DNA of 64,000 nucleotides from Candidatus Omnitrophota bacterium (GTDB lineage: Bacteria; Omnitrophota; Gorgyraeia; B26-G9). The position numbers and the translations under genes are program-made. The stretch is from assembly GCA_043806135.1 (NCBI GenBank), contig JAZDHG010000009.1:430-64429 (forward strand), given 5' to 3'. Shown one piece after another: positions 47,760-58,054 of this stretch; within the stretch, counting starts at the first letter, position 1, and the number at the start of each line of letters is the position of its first letter. The notes under the pieces were generated by a model. The model was not told the DNA's origin, ran no database searches, and saw only the letters and a program-made list of their open reading frames with translations.

Positions 47760-47900
47760 GATGGACGATCACTTCCTACATAATGCTTGGCGGGCAGGCG
47801 CTTTGCTCCTTGGGACGAAGGACGCAAAATAAATTATAAATTACTAGTTATGAGTGACGAGTTAAAAGACAAAGAAGTAAAAAGGTAAAAGTAAAAAGAA
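47760..47900 (+). repeat. Repeat family C copy (ggcgggcaggcg / ggacgcaaaa / ttatgagtgacgagt / gtaaaaaggtaaaagtaaaaag blocks)
   Basis: Shares blocks with 8790-8930 (same orientation, blocks permuted) and with 31470-31610 (inverted). Confidence 0.45.
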
Positions 47901-48394
47901 CAGACTGTGTTATCCTGAAATAGGTTTACAGAAAAATAAATTAACCGCAGATGGACGCGGATGTTCGCGGATAAAGAAGTATACATTTAAGCCATTATAA
48001 CAAGACAAAGTTTCTTGAAGTTACTTAAGGTTGCAGTATGGAGTTTGATGTCGGGAGGAAGGAAATAAAAATCATATATTAGTTTGCGGCGGGAAAAGCC
48101 ACGACCTTCATAAACGCAACAATCAATAAGAAAAATGAATTTTTCTTTTAATGTTGATTTATGAAGGCCTAACTCGGCGATGCCGAGTTAAATATATGAT
48201 TTTTACGGTACCAATCCGCGCTAATCAGCGTTTATCGAGTGAATGTATTTAATGAGCGGGCGGTTAATTAAATTATTTGTGTTTAAAAGTGTCAACTATT
48301 GCAGGACAAGACAACTATTGGCTATCGACTATTGACCATTGATCAGACTTGTATACTCCTAGACTAATATGTCCAATAAAAGGATAAGAAATAC

Positions 48395-49513
48395 ATGAGC
48401 TTCAAGGTAGTACATAACGATAAAAATTCAAAAGCCAGATCGGGATTATTGAATACAAATCGCGGCATTATTCAAACACCGGTTTTTATGCCTGTGGGGA
48501 CTCAAGGTGCGGTTAAGGCGATATCTCCTGAAGCGCTTGAGAAAATGGGTGCTGAGATCATTCTCGCTAATGCCTATCATTTGTATTTAAGGCCCGGAAC
48601 CGAGCTGATAAAAAAATCCGGAGGATTGCACAAGTTCATGAACTGGCACGGGCCGATACTTACTGATAGCGGAGGCTACCAGGTGTTCAGCCTTTCGATT
48701 TTAAGAAAGGTTACGGATAAGGGAGTGAAGTTCCAATCACATATCGATGGGTCAACGCATTTTATCGGACCCATGGAGTGCCTAGAAATACAGGATATCC
48801 TGGGAAGCGATATCTGTATGGTGCTTGATGAGTGTGCCCCGTACCCGTGCGATCATGAAAATGCGAAGATCGCGGTGAAACGCACCCTTGATTGGGCCAG
48901 GATAAGTTCCAAGGTAAAAGTAAACAGCGGTAATAAAGTCTTTGCGATAGTGCAGGGGAGTACATATGAGGATCTAAGGGCAGCATGCGCAAAAGAACTT
49001 GTAGATATGGATTTTGACGGCTATGCCATCGGAGGCGTTAGTGTGGGAGAGCCTGCGGAGCTTATTTATAAAATCGTCGATTATACCCTGCCTCTTTTGC
49101 CGGATAATAAGCCGAAATACATTATGGGCATGGGCACACCTGAGGATATACTTGAGAGTATCGGCCGCGGTGCTGATATGTTTGACTGTATAATCCCCAC
49201 GCGCTATGGCCGTACAGCGAATGCTTTTACCAGCCGAGGAAAATTAAATCTGCGCAATGCCTGTTACACCCAGGACCTTGAGCCTGTTGACAGCGCATGT
49301 TCCTGCTACCTTTGCGGAAATTTCTCCCGGGCTTATGTAAGGCATCTATTTTACGCTAGCGAAATGCTGGGCCCACAGCTTTTATCTTTACATAATGTGC
49401 ATTTTTATTTAAATCTTATTAAACAAGTTCGGGAGGCAATTGCTGCTGATAAATTTAATGAATTTAAAAGTGATTTTTTACAAATATACAAAAATAATCA
49501 AGAAGATAAATAG
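48395..49513 (+). CDS. tgt: Queuine tRNA-ribosyltransferase
   Basis: TIM-barrel TGT motifs and Zn site CxCxxC...H (CSCYLCGNFSRAYVRHL). Confidence 0.9.
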   Translation: MSFKVVHNDKNSKARSGLLNTNRGIIQTPVFMPVGTQGAVKAISPEALEKMGAEIILANAYHLYLRPGTELIKKSGGLHKFMNWHGPILTDSGGYQVFSLSILRKVTDKGVKFQSHIDGSTHFIGPMECLEIQDILGSDICMVLDECAPYPCDHENAKIAVKRTLDWARISSKVKVNSGNKVFAIVQGSTYEDLRAACAKELVDMDFDGYAIGGVSVGEPAELIYKIVDYTLPLLPDNKPKYIMGMGTPEDILESIGRGADMFDCIIPTRYGRTANAFTSRGKLNLRNACYTQDLEPVDSACSCYLCGNFSRAYVRHLFYASEMLGPQLLSLHNVHFYLNLIKQVREAIAADKFNEFKSDFLQIYKNNQEDK

Positions 49514-49597
49514 ATATTTCTGGTTTTAAGAAATCTTTTCTTGAAATTAAAGAGGAGTGTCATAGAGTTCTTTTATTTGAAAAGGGGGAGGCATGCT

Positions 49598-51079
49598 GTG
49601 GGATATATTTTAGCCATAGATCAGGGGACAACCGGAAGCAGGGCGATATTGTATGATAAAAAGACAAAACAAAAGGCCAGTGCTTATGAAGAGTTTCCTC
49701 AGTATTTTCCGAAACCGGGCTGGGTTGAGCATGATCCGCAGGAGATATGGCAGAGCGTTATAAATTCTATCCAAAGAGTACTTAGGAAAGTCCCAAACGC
49801 AAAAATTGATGCCATCGGGATTACCAATCAACGAGAGACAACAGTGGTTTGGGATAAAACTACTTCAAAGCCGGTTTTTAATGCCATCGTCTGGCAATGC
49901 CGCAGGACCTCAGTTCGCTGCGATGAATTGAAGGATAAAAAAGGAGCTGTCGAATTTTTTAAGTCAAGAACAGGCCTGCCTATAGATGCTTATTTTTCCG
50001 CAACAAAGATTGAGTGGATATTAAAAAATATAAAAGGAGCATTAGCAAAAGCAAAACAGGGAAAACTGCTTTTCGGCACTACTGATGCCTGGATATTATG
50101 GAAGCTAACCGATGGGGCAGTGCACGCGACTGATTTTACCAATGCTTCAAGAACTATGCTTTTTAATATTAAAACACTTGATTGGGATGAAAAAATTCTC
50201 AAAATATTCAGCATCCCGAAAACAATGCTGCCCTGTGTTAAAAGTTCATCAGGGATTTTCGGTAAAACCGCAGCACATGGCAAACTGCCTGCAGGTATTC
50301 CTATTTCCGGTATAGCCGGAGACCAGCAGGCCGCTTTATTCGGCCAGACCTGTTTTGATCCGGGTACCATAAAAAACACCTATGGTACAGGATGTTTTAT
50401 GCTGCTTAATACTGGGAAAAAATGTATTAAATCAAAGTACGGGCTTATTACCACTTTAGGCTGCAGTGATTCAGAAAAGCCTGTCTATGCACTGGAAGGT
50501 GCAATATTTATCGCCGGCGCGGCAATCCAATGGCTGCGGGATGGATTAGGTATACTGGATAAATCATCTTCATCGGAAAAGATGGCAAGCTCCGTAAAGG
50601 ATAATGGCGGAGTTTATTTTGTACCTGCGCTTGTGGGTTTAGGTGCGCCGTATTGGGATCAGAATGCCCGAGGCAGTATCTTCGGTATTACACGCGGCAC
50701 AAAAAAGAGCCATATTGTAAGAGCTGCTTTAGAAGCAATGTGCTATCAGACAAAAGATGTGGTAAATGCCTTAGAGAGAGACTCAGGACTTAGGATACGC
50801 GTTTTGCAAGTAGACGGAGGAGCAGCGGCTAATGATTTTCTTTGCCAGTTTCAGTCGGATATTCTGGGAGTAAAGATAATCAGGCCTAAAACCATTGAGA
50901 TTACATCGTTAGGTGCTGCATATCTTGCGGGCCTTGCAGTTGGGTTTTGGAAAAACACAATACAAATAAAAAAGTGTTGGGCAAAAGATAAAGTTTTTAG
51001 GCCGAAGATTTCAAAAGCAAAATCAGAAGCACTTTATAAAAAATGGCAAGAGGCAGTAGTGAGGACTCTTTCAAAATAG
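49598..51079 (+). CDS. glpK: Glycerol kinase (GTG start after GGGGGAGG SD)
   Basis: FGGY kinase N-terminus ILAIDQGTTGSRAILYD; conserved over full length. Confidence 0.9.
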   Translation: MGYILAIDQGTTGSRAILYDKKTKQKASAYEEFPQYFPKPGWVEHDPQEIWQSVINSIQRVLRKVPNAKIDAIGITNQRETTVVWDKTTSKPVFNAIVWQCRRTSVRCDELKDKKGAVEFFKSRTGLPIDAYFSATKIEWILKNIKGALAKAKQGKLLFGTTDAWILWKLTDGAVHATDFTNASRTMLFNIKTLDWDEKILKIFSIPKTMLPCVKSSSGIFGKTAAHGKLPAGIPISGIAGDQQAALFGQTCFDPGTIKNTYGTGCFMLLNTGKKCIKSKYGLITTLGCSDSEKPVYALEGAIFIAGAAIQWLRDGLGILDKSSSSEKMASSVKDNGGVYFVPALVGLGAPYWDQNARGSIFGITRGTKKSHIVRAALEAMCYQTKDVVNALERDSGLRIRVLQVDGGAAANDFLCQFQSDILGVKIIRPKTIEITSLGAAYLAGLAVGFWKNTIQIKKCWAKDKVFRPKISKAKSEALYKKWQEAVVRTLSK

Positions 51080-51105
51080 AGATTGTTTAACTGAAAGTTG
51101 AGCAT

Positions 51106-52554
51106 ATGAAAACATACGATGTAATTATTATCGGAGCCGGGGTTGTAGGGACGGCTATCGCCCGAGAATTGTCCCGTTATAAATTAAATACAGCTGTGCT
51201 TGAAAAAGAGCAGGAGTTTGCTTTTGGAGTTTCAAAATCTAATAGCGGAATAATCCATCCCGGAACGCAGAATCCCTCTAATTCATTAAAAGGCAGGTTG
51301 TGCGTAGAAGGCAATAAACTCATCAGAAAAATTGCCGGGCAATTAGGGGTGGATTTTCAAGAAGTAGGTGCGTTGATCGTTGCGTTTAAAGAAGAAGATA
51401 TTCAGCAGCTGCTTCAACTTAAAAAACAAGCCCAAAGGCTGGGCGTGCCGAAATTGAAAATAGTAAAACGCAGCTGGCTTAGAAAACACGAACCTAATCT
51501 AACTCAAGATGCGGTTGCCGCGTTATATGCGCCTACGGCAGGCATTATAAGCCCATACCGATTGACATATGATATGGCTGAAAATGCTCTTGCTAATGGA
51601 GTAGAGATCTTTACACAGCAAAAAGTTGCGGGAATTATTCCTAAAAAAAACGCAGATGCCCGGAAAACGTTTGAGGTTAAAACTTCATCCGACACATTCC
51701 AAACGCATTACATTATAAATGCCGCCGGTTTATATGCTGATGATGTATCTGCTATGGTCGGAGTTAATGATTTCAGCATAAAACCGCGCAAGGGTGAGGA
51801 GTTTATTCTTGATAAAAAGAAAGAAAATATGACCCGGCGCCTGCTTTTTCCTCTTCCTTCAAAAAACTCCAAAGGTATACTGGTAATAAAAACAGCGGAC
51901 GGAAATCCGATGATCGGGCCGACAGCGGAAGATGGCGATGATAAGCAAGACTTCTCAACAACTGAGGCAGGTTTTCGAAAAGTGCTGAATAATGCACAGC
52001 GCATGGTCCCAGCAATAAAAGAGACCGATATCATTGCTTATTTTGCGGGCTTGAGGCCGGCAGCAGGGGATGATTTTATTATCCGGCATGAAGTGAGTAT
52101 GCCGGGTTTTATCAATGTAGCCGGGATACAGTCGCCGGGACTTACTGCCGCGCCTGCGATCGCAAGAATGGTTTGCGGCATACTAAAAGATAATGGTTTG
52201 TCACTAGAAAAAAAATCGGCATTTCATGCGCGGCGGAAAAGAACGATCCACTTGTTTTTTCTTCCCTTTTCCCGTGCTGCAAAACTGATCAAAAAAGATC
52301 CGGCTTACGGGGATATTGTCTGCCGCTGTGAAATGGTCTCAGCCAAAGAGATCAGAGATGCTATAGAGCGCGGGGCAAAAACACTAGACGGTATAAAATT
52401 CAGAACTAGGGCGCAGGCAGGCAGATGCCATGGCGGTTTCTGTACAACTCGCATCATGAAGATATTATCTGATTCTATGAATACACCCCTTACTAAAATA
52501 ACAAAAAAAGGGCCAGGATCTGAGGTGGTCAAGGAGGATAGGTCAGATGCTTAA
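51106..52554 (+). CDS. glpA: FAD-dependent glycerol-3-phosphate dehydrogenase, GlpA-like, with C-terminal BFD-like [2Fe-2S] domain
   Basis: DVIIIGAGVVGTAIAREL dinucleotide-binding motif; C-terminal CRCEMVSAKEIRDAIE...CHGGFC. Confidence 0.7.
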   Translation: MKTYDVIIIGAGVVGTAIARELSRYKLNTAVLEKEQEFAFGVSKSNSGIIHPGTQNPSNSLKGRLCVEGNKLIRKIAGQLGVDFQEVGALIVAFKEEDIQQLLQLKKQAQRLGVPKLKIVKRSWLRKHEPNLTQDAVAALYAPTAGIISPYRLTYDMAENALANGVEIFTQQKVAGIIPKKNADARKTFEVKTSSDTFQTHYIINAAGLYADDVSAMVGVNDFSIKPRKGEEFILDKKKENMTRRLLFPLPSKNSKGILVIKTADGNPMIGPTAEDGDDKQDFSTTEAGFRKVLNNAQRMVPAIKETDIIAYFAGLRPAAGDDFIIRHEVSMPGFINVAGIQSPGLTAAPAIARMVCGILKDNGLSLEKKSAFHARRKRTIHLFFLPFSRAAKLIKKDPAYGDIVCRCEMVSAKEIRDAIERGAKTLDGIKFRTRAQAGRCHGGFCTTRIMKILSDSMNTPLTKITKKGPGSEVVKEDRSDA

Positions 52555-53524
52555 AAGGGATCTGGTTATTGTCGGAGGCGGACCTGCCGGTATGGCCGCG
52601 GCAATTGCCGCCTGCGAACATGGAATTGAAGATATTTTGCTTATAGAACGGGATCAGTATCTTGGCGGTATATTAAATCAGTGTGTGCATACAGGATTCG
52701 GGCTTGATTATTTTAAAGAGGTTCTTACCGGGTGTGAATATGCGGCCCGGTTTATTAAAAAAATTAAAAGCATACGGCAAATAGAAATAAGCATGAGATC
52801 CTTTGTCGTGGATCTTTCGAAAGATAAGGTACTGACTTTTTTAAAACCGGGAAGCTTAAAACAAGTTCAGGCAAAAGCGCTGATCATGGCTACAGGCTGC
52901 CGAGAAAAAACGCGGGAGATGATACATATTCCGGGGGCAAGGCCGGCAGGTATATTTTCCGCAGGACTGGCGCAAAAACTTATAAATATTGAAGGCCTGC
53001 TGCCTGGCAGAAAGGTTATTATTGTCGGATCAGGAGATATCGGTCTGATTATGGCCCGGCGCTTTTTTCTGGAAGGAGCAGAGGTTAAGGCCGTTATTGA
53101 GATCCAGCCGAAAAGCCAGGGGCTTATACGCAATCAGGTGCAATGCATCGAGGATTTTGCCATACCGTTTTTTTGCTCGCATAAGATCGAAAAAATTTAT
53201 GGTAATAATAGAGTGGAGAAGGTGAGAGTTGTCCGGGTAGATGAAAATCTTAACGCGATCACAGGGACGCATTTTGATATTGAATGCGATACTGTGCTTA
53301 TATCAGTCGGACTGATACCGGAGAACGAACTTATAGAGATGGCCGGGGCGGCTATGGATGAAAAAACTAAAACCCCGGTATCTGAGGAATTAAACAAGAC
53401 TTCAATAGCCGGATTGTTTGTCTGCGGCAATTCATTCAAGGTATATGATCTTGTTGATTCTGTTTCCCGGGACAGCGAGATAGCCGGCAGGCTTGCCGCG
53501 GAATATTTAAAAGGTTTAAAATGA
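52547..53524 (+). CDS. NAD(P)/FAD-dependent oxidoreductase (pyridine nucleotide-disulfide oxidoreductase-like partner of GlpA)
   Basis: Two Rossmann motifs (VIVGGGPAGMAAA and IIVGSGDIGLIMA). Confidence 0.65.
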   Translation: MLKRDLVIVGGGPAGMAAAIAACEHGIEDILLIERDQYLGGILNQCVHTGFGLDYFKEVLTGCEYAARFIKKIKSIRQIEISMRSFVVDLSKDKVLTFLKPGSLKQVQAKALIMATGCREKTREMIHIPGARPAGIFSAGLAQKLINIEGLLPGRKVIIVGSGDIGLIMARRFFLEGAEVKAVIEIQPKSQGLIRNQVQCIEDFAIPFFCSHKIEKIYGNNRVEKVRVVRVDENLNAITGTHFDIECDTVLISVGLIPENELIEMAGAAMDEKTKTPVSEELNKTSIAGLFVCGNSFKVYDLVDSVSRDSEIAGRLAAEYLKGLK

Positions 53525-53880
53525 AGAAAAAAATCATATGTATTGAATGTCCTAAAGGCTGTGTTTTATCGGTTGAGGTACAGAATGATGAAATAATCTC
53601 CATGTGCGGCAATGAATGCCCTAAGGGGCAGGAGTATGCATTGTCTGAGATAAAAAATCCTTTAAGAATATTTACTTCCTCAGTGTTGACTCAGGGCCTG
53701 TCGTTAAAAATGATCCCGGTGCGTACAGATAAACCTATTCCTAAAGATAGGCTTTTTGCGGCCATGAAAGAAGTGAAAAAGATAAGGCTTTCTAGGCCGG
53801 TTAATGCAGGAGATATTATCGGAGAAAACTTTTTAGGTTTAGATGTAAATTTGATAGCAACCAGAAATAGTACAGGTTAA
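53521..53880 (+). CDS. DUF1667-like small Cys-rich protein (third subunit of three-component G3P dehydrogenase clusters)
   Basis: CIECPKGC...CGNECPKG motifs; 119 aa; translationally coupled to the preceding gene. Confidence 0.55.
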   Translation: MKKKIICIECPKGCVLSVEVQNDEIISMCGNECPKGQEYALSEIKNPLRIFTSSVLTQGLSLKMIPVRTDKPIPKDRLFAAMKEVKKIRLSRPVNAGDIIGENFLGLDVNLIATRNSTG

Positions 53881-53960
53881 GCAGGATCTTGTAATAAATC
53901 AGGCTCTTTCATTTCACTTAAACAGGAAAGAGCTTAAAATTTCTAAAAAGAGAGGGTGAA

Positions 53961-54641
53961 ATGGTGTTAAAAATAGGTCATCGCGGTGCATCCGGATATG
54001 AGCCGGAAAATACCCTGCTTTCTTTTCAAAAAGCATTGGAGCTTAAGGTTGATATGATTGAGCTTGATGTCCAGGGGTGCAAAAGCGGGCAGTTGATGGT
54101 CATACATGATATCAAAGTAGACAGGACAACAAACGGTACCGGGTATGTTTGTCAAAAATCATTTGAAGAATTGAGGACTTTAGACGCAGGTAAAAAACAG
54201 AAAATCCCGACTTTGCAGGAAGTTCTCGACCTGGTTGATCGAAAGGTAAAAATTAACATTGAGATGAAAAGCGAAGGTACAGCCAGTCCTATTTTTAATG
54301 TTATTCAGAAATATGTTAAGCAAAAAGGCTGGGGCTGGGATGATTTTCTGGTCTCATCATTTAATCATTATGAGCTTCAGGAATTCAGCCGATTAACAGC
54401 TCAGGTTAAGACCGGAGCGATAATTGCAGGTATTCCGATCGGATATGCCCAGTGCGCAAGTGATCTAAATAGTTATTCTTTGCATCCGTCCAAAGAATTT
54501 ATAAATCAGGCATTAGTTGATGATGCGCATAAAAGAGGATTAAAGGTGTTTGCCTATACGCTCAATGAGCCGGAAGATATCCAAAAAGTGAAGATATTGG
54601 GAGTGGACGGAATTTTTTCCAATTTTCCGGACAGGATCTAA
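53961..54641 (+). CDS. glpQ: Glycerophosphodiester phosphodiesterase
   Basis: GDPD motifs HRGASGYEPENTLLSF and ELDVQ. Confidence 0.85.
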   Translation: MVLKIGHRGASGYEPENTLLSFQKALELKVDMIELDVQGCKSGQLMVIHDIKVDRTTNGTGYVCQKSFEELRTLDAGKKQKIPTLQEVLDLVDRKVKINIEMKSEGTASPIFNVIQKYVKQKGWGWDDFLVSSFNHYELQEFSRLTAQVKTGAIIAGIPIGYAQCASDLNSYSLHPSKEFINQALVDDAHKRGLKVFAYTLNEPEDIQKVKILGVDGIFSNFPDRI

Positions 54642-54791
54642 GAAAAAAAAGATTGAACTGGAAACTAAGGGGTCAGCCTGTCAACTCGAAACTAATTGAC
54701 ATGGGAAACAATAGAAAGAGGGACGTTGTTTAAGGTTTTAAAGTGTAGTTATGGTCATCAAAAGCTAATTATTTAGTGCATTTTTGAGGTA

Positions 54792-54949
54792 GGGGCTGTG
54801 CTCCGCCACAGCGGACAGGCTGCCCCTTAAAGCACAGCCTTCCCCCGCACCAGAAAGACGGAGTCTTGCAGTGCAGGGTAAAATTTCATTTGTAAAATTA
54901 AGAAACCATGCCATGTATCGAGATTTGCTCTGGTACATGGGAAGCAAAG
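54792..54949 (+). repeat. Repeat family B copy 2
   Basis: See 31059-31216; same orientation. Confidence 0.7.
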
Positions 54950-54976
54950 AAAATTAAACATAGATTTCAAATTGGG

Positions 54977-55159
54977 GAATATAAAACCCTAAGAACACCT
55001 CCTGGGTGTACTCTTTTGGTTGTTGCCTTGACGGATGCCTCGGGTGCGGTGGTGGAATCTTACGAGTATGATGTATACGGAAATACTAAAATTCTAGACG
55101 CTAATCACTTACCGCTAGCCGCTAGCCAAATCGGCAATCCTGCAGTTATTTCCTCTTGA
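54977..55159 (+). pseudogene. Orphan YD/RHS-repeat fragment (...LTDASGAVVESYEYDVYGNTKIL...)
   Basis: YD-repeat signature xYxYDxxGN directly after the family B repeat; only ~60 codons, with no start of its own. Confidence 0.4.
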
Positions 55160-55256
55160 TCAAAACAAAATAGTGGAATATTGGTGTAAAATATTATATA
55201 CTAATGACGTTTAAATATTAAATTTCAGGGGGTTGCATCAAAAATTAGGAGGAGAA

Positions 55257-55586
55257 ATGAATTTTGAATCTTTAGCGTTCGCGCAAGGTGCTTCAGGCAG
55301 CGTGCCTCAGGGGCAGGGGAGTTTTATGATCTTGCTGCCGATGTATTTAATTATCTTTCTGGTATTTTATTTTTTCCTTATTAAGCCGCAGCAGAAGCAG
55401 CAGAAGGAAAAACAGGACATGGTGAATGCTATAAAGAAAAACGATGAGGTTGTCACCGTAGGCGGTATCCATGCCACAGTAGTGAATGTGAAGGATAAAA
55501 GCGTGATTTTAAAGGTTGATGACAATGTTAAGATAGAGTTCGATAAGAATTCTATTACTTTAATCAAAAAATCAAGGCAATCATAA
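55257..55586 (+). CDS. yajC: Preprotein translocase subunit YajC
   Basis: Single TM helix + QQKQQKEKQDM + conserved C-terminal beta domain (VVTVGGIHATVVNV); AGGAGGA SD. Confidence 0.85.
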   Translation: MNFESLAFAQGASGSVPQGQGSFMILLPMYLIIFLVFYFFLIKPQQKQQKEKQDMVNAIKKNDEVVTVGGIHATVVNVKDKSVILKVDDNVKIEFDKNSITLIKKSRQS

Positions 55587-55624
55587 AGAGTTATAGCCGT
55601 TGAACAGATCCCAGGAGGAAAAAC

Positions 55625-57799
55625 ATGCCGAAGAATTTGAAGGTCAAATTTTTATTAATAAGCGCATTAGTTGTTTTTTGTGTTTGGGTTATTTACCCGA
55701 TTCAGGAAAAAATTAATCTCGGACTTGATCTGCAGGGCGGGATATTTTTGACCTTGCAAGTCGATATGAGCAAGCTGCCCAAAAATATTAAGGAAGATGT
55801 ACGTTCGGATATTGTGGACAGGACGATTGAGATTATCCGCAAAAGAGTCGATCAATTCGGGGTAAAGGAACCCTCGATAACCCGCCAGGGAGAAAACAGG
55901 ATCATTGTTCAGCTGCCCGGGGTTACGGACAGAAAGCGGGCCCGCGCACTTATCGGAAAAACAGCTCAGCTTGAGTTCAGGATCGTAAACGATGATGATG
56001 AGATGATGAGAGCGGCGATTGAAGGCGATGTTCCTGCCGGATATGTATTAACTAAAGACGAGGATGATAAAGAACTGCTTCTTGAAGAAACAGCAGTAAT
56101 GACCGGAGACAGCCTGTCGGATGCTATTGTCAGCCGTGATCAATATGGTAGACCAAGTGTAAAACTGGAGTTTACCGGAACAGGGGCGACTAAATTTTCC
56201 AATATAACAGGTGCGAATGTAAACAGGAGACTGGCTATTGTGCTTGATAATGAGGTTTATTCGGCACCAATGATCAGAGAACGCATCTCAGGCGGAAACG
56301 CGGAAATTACAGGAAGCTTCAGCGCTAACGATGCTAAAGACCTTTCTACTGTATTACGCACCGGTGCATTGCCGGCTCCCATAACATTCGGGGAAGAGCG
56401 TACGGTCGGACCGCTGCTTGGGCAGGATTCCATAAATAGCGGGGTGAAAGCGACACTTTACGGAGGTCTTGCGGTGTTCTTATTTATGGCCTTTTATTAC
56501 TTGGTAGGAGGTGTCCTGGCAAATATTGCCCTGCTTTTTAATATCCTACTGGTGTTTGCTGCTCTTGTGATCATGAAAGCTACGCTGACTTTGCCCGGTA
56601 TTGCCGGTATTGGACTGACTATCGGTATGGCTGTGGATGCGAATGTGTTGATAAACGAGCGCATCAGAGAAGAATTAAAACTCGGGAAGTCAACACGTAC
56701 GGCAATAAATAACGGTTACAGCCGCGCTTTCCCGGCGATTTTAGATTCAAATGTCACAACGATAATTGCGGCTATTCTGCTGGTTTGGCTGGGCTCAGGT
56801 CCTGTAAGGGGATTCGGCCTTACCCTGATTATCGGTTTAATAGCAAGTATGTTTACGGCGATTGTAGTGACCCGTATGCTTCTTGACATGCTTACTTTGA
56901 AATGGAAAGAACTGCCGCTTAAGATGATGCAGCTTATTTCTGAGACAAAAATTGATTTTATTAAAGCAAGATGGATTTTCTATACGATATCGATCGTTCT
57001 CATAGTCGCCGGAATGTTTTTATTCTCCCGCCGGGGTGATGATAACTATGGCATTGATTTTGCCGGCGGTTCCCTTCAGGAGTTTCAATTCGAAAAACCG
57101 GTGGAGATTGACAGTCTGCGTCTGGCGATGTCAAAAATCGGCCTGGCAGATGCTTTGATACAGCAGGATAAAAAGAAGCCGGAGATTGTTCTGATCAGAA
57201 CTGAAGAAGATAAAGCAGACGCAATTATAGGTGAATTCGCAAACACATTTCCGGACAATAAGGCAGAGATATTGAGTGTTGAAAGCGTTGGTCCGGTCGT
57301 GGGAAGGCTTTTAAAGAAAAACGCGGCAATGGCGTTTATGCTTGCATTGCTGGCGATATGTATATATATCTGGATAAGGTTCAAAGACTTTGTCTACGGG
57401 ATTGCCGGTGTTGTCTCTCTATTCCATGACGTTCTTGTTGCCATTGCTTTTTGCGCCCTGACAAACAGACCGATTGACCTGTTAATAGTTACTGCGTTAA
57501 TGACAATAGCAGGGTATTCTATAAACGACACAATCGTTACCTATGACCGTATTCGGGAAAATCTACGCTTAATGCGCAAAACTTCTTTCAGAGATGTTAT
57601 TAATATAAGTATCAACCAGACCCTGGCACGTACAATATGGACATCGGTAACCACCTTGTTTATTGTTTTTGCCATTTACCTGATGGGCGGCAGGGTGCTG
57701 CATAATTTTGCCTTTGTATTGATAATCGGCCTTTTCAGCGGAGTTTACTCAACTGTTTTTATTGCCAGTCCGCTGGTCTATGCTTGGGAGAAAAAGTAA
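55625..57799 (+). CDS. secDF: Protein translocase subunit SecDF (fused)
   Basis: 724 aa; two periplasmic domains and 12 TM helices; typical SecD (ALIGKTAQLEFR) and SecF regions. Confidence 0.9.
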   Translation: MPKNLKVKFLLISALVVFCVWVIYPIQEKINLGLDLQGGIFLTLQVDMSKLPKNIKEDVRSDIVDRTIEIIRKRVDQFGVKEPSITRQGENRIIVQLPGVTDRKRARALIGKTAQLEFRIVNDDDEMMRAAIEGDVPAGYVLTKDEDDKELLLEETAVMTGDSLSDAIVSRDQYGRPSVKLEFTGTGATKFSNITGANVNRRLAIVLDNEVYSAPMIRERISGGNAEITGSFSANDAKDLSTVLRTGALPAPITFGEERTVGPLLGQDSINSGVKATLYGGLAVFLFMAFYYLVGGVLANIALLFNILLVFAALVIMKATLTLPGIAGIGLTIGMAVDANVLINERIREELKLGKSTRTAINNGYSRAFPAILDSNVTTIIAAILLVWLGSGPVRGFGLTLIIGLIASMFTAIVVTRMLLDMLTLKWKELPLKMMQLISETKIDFIKARWIFYTISIVLIVAGMFLFSRRGDDNYGIDFAGGSLQEFQFEKPVEIDSLRLAMSKIGLADALIQQDKKKPEIVLIRTEEDKADAIIGEFANTFPDNKAEILSVESVGPVVGRLLKKNAAMAFMLALLAICIYIWIRFKDFVYGIAGVVSLFHDVLVAIAFCALTNRPIDLLIVTALMTIAGYSINDTIVTYDRIRENLRLMRKTSFRDVINISINQTLARTIWTSVTTLFIVFAIYLMGGRVLHNFAFVLIIGLFSGVYSTVFIASPLVYAWEKK

Positions 57800-58054
57800 A
57801 GACATCCTATAACGATAAAGTAGCAGGATGTTTTGATCACATAGATTAGATGGAGATTAATGGTTTAATCCTTGCCCCGAGAAATCTGCACCCTGAAATT
57901 TTTTTGGAATTTCGGGTACTTAGTCCTGGGAATGCTGCGCATTCCACAGGGGAAGATTTCCGGAGTTGGGTGCCCCGCAAGGGTATAATCTGTTATTAAT
58001 CGTTGTAATCAGGTATAATCCAGCTTAAGCATGAGGATTATACCAAGGAGTTTT
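57800..58054 (+). repeat. Repeat family A, full copy 2 (ends in the SD of rnfE)
   Basis: About 95% identical to 22664-22854 over the core. Confidence 0.7.
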
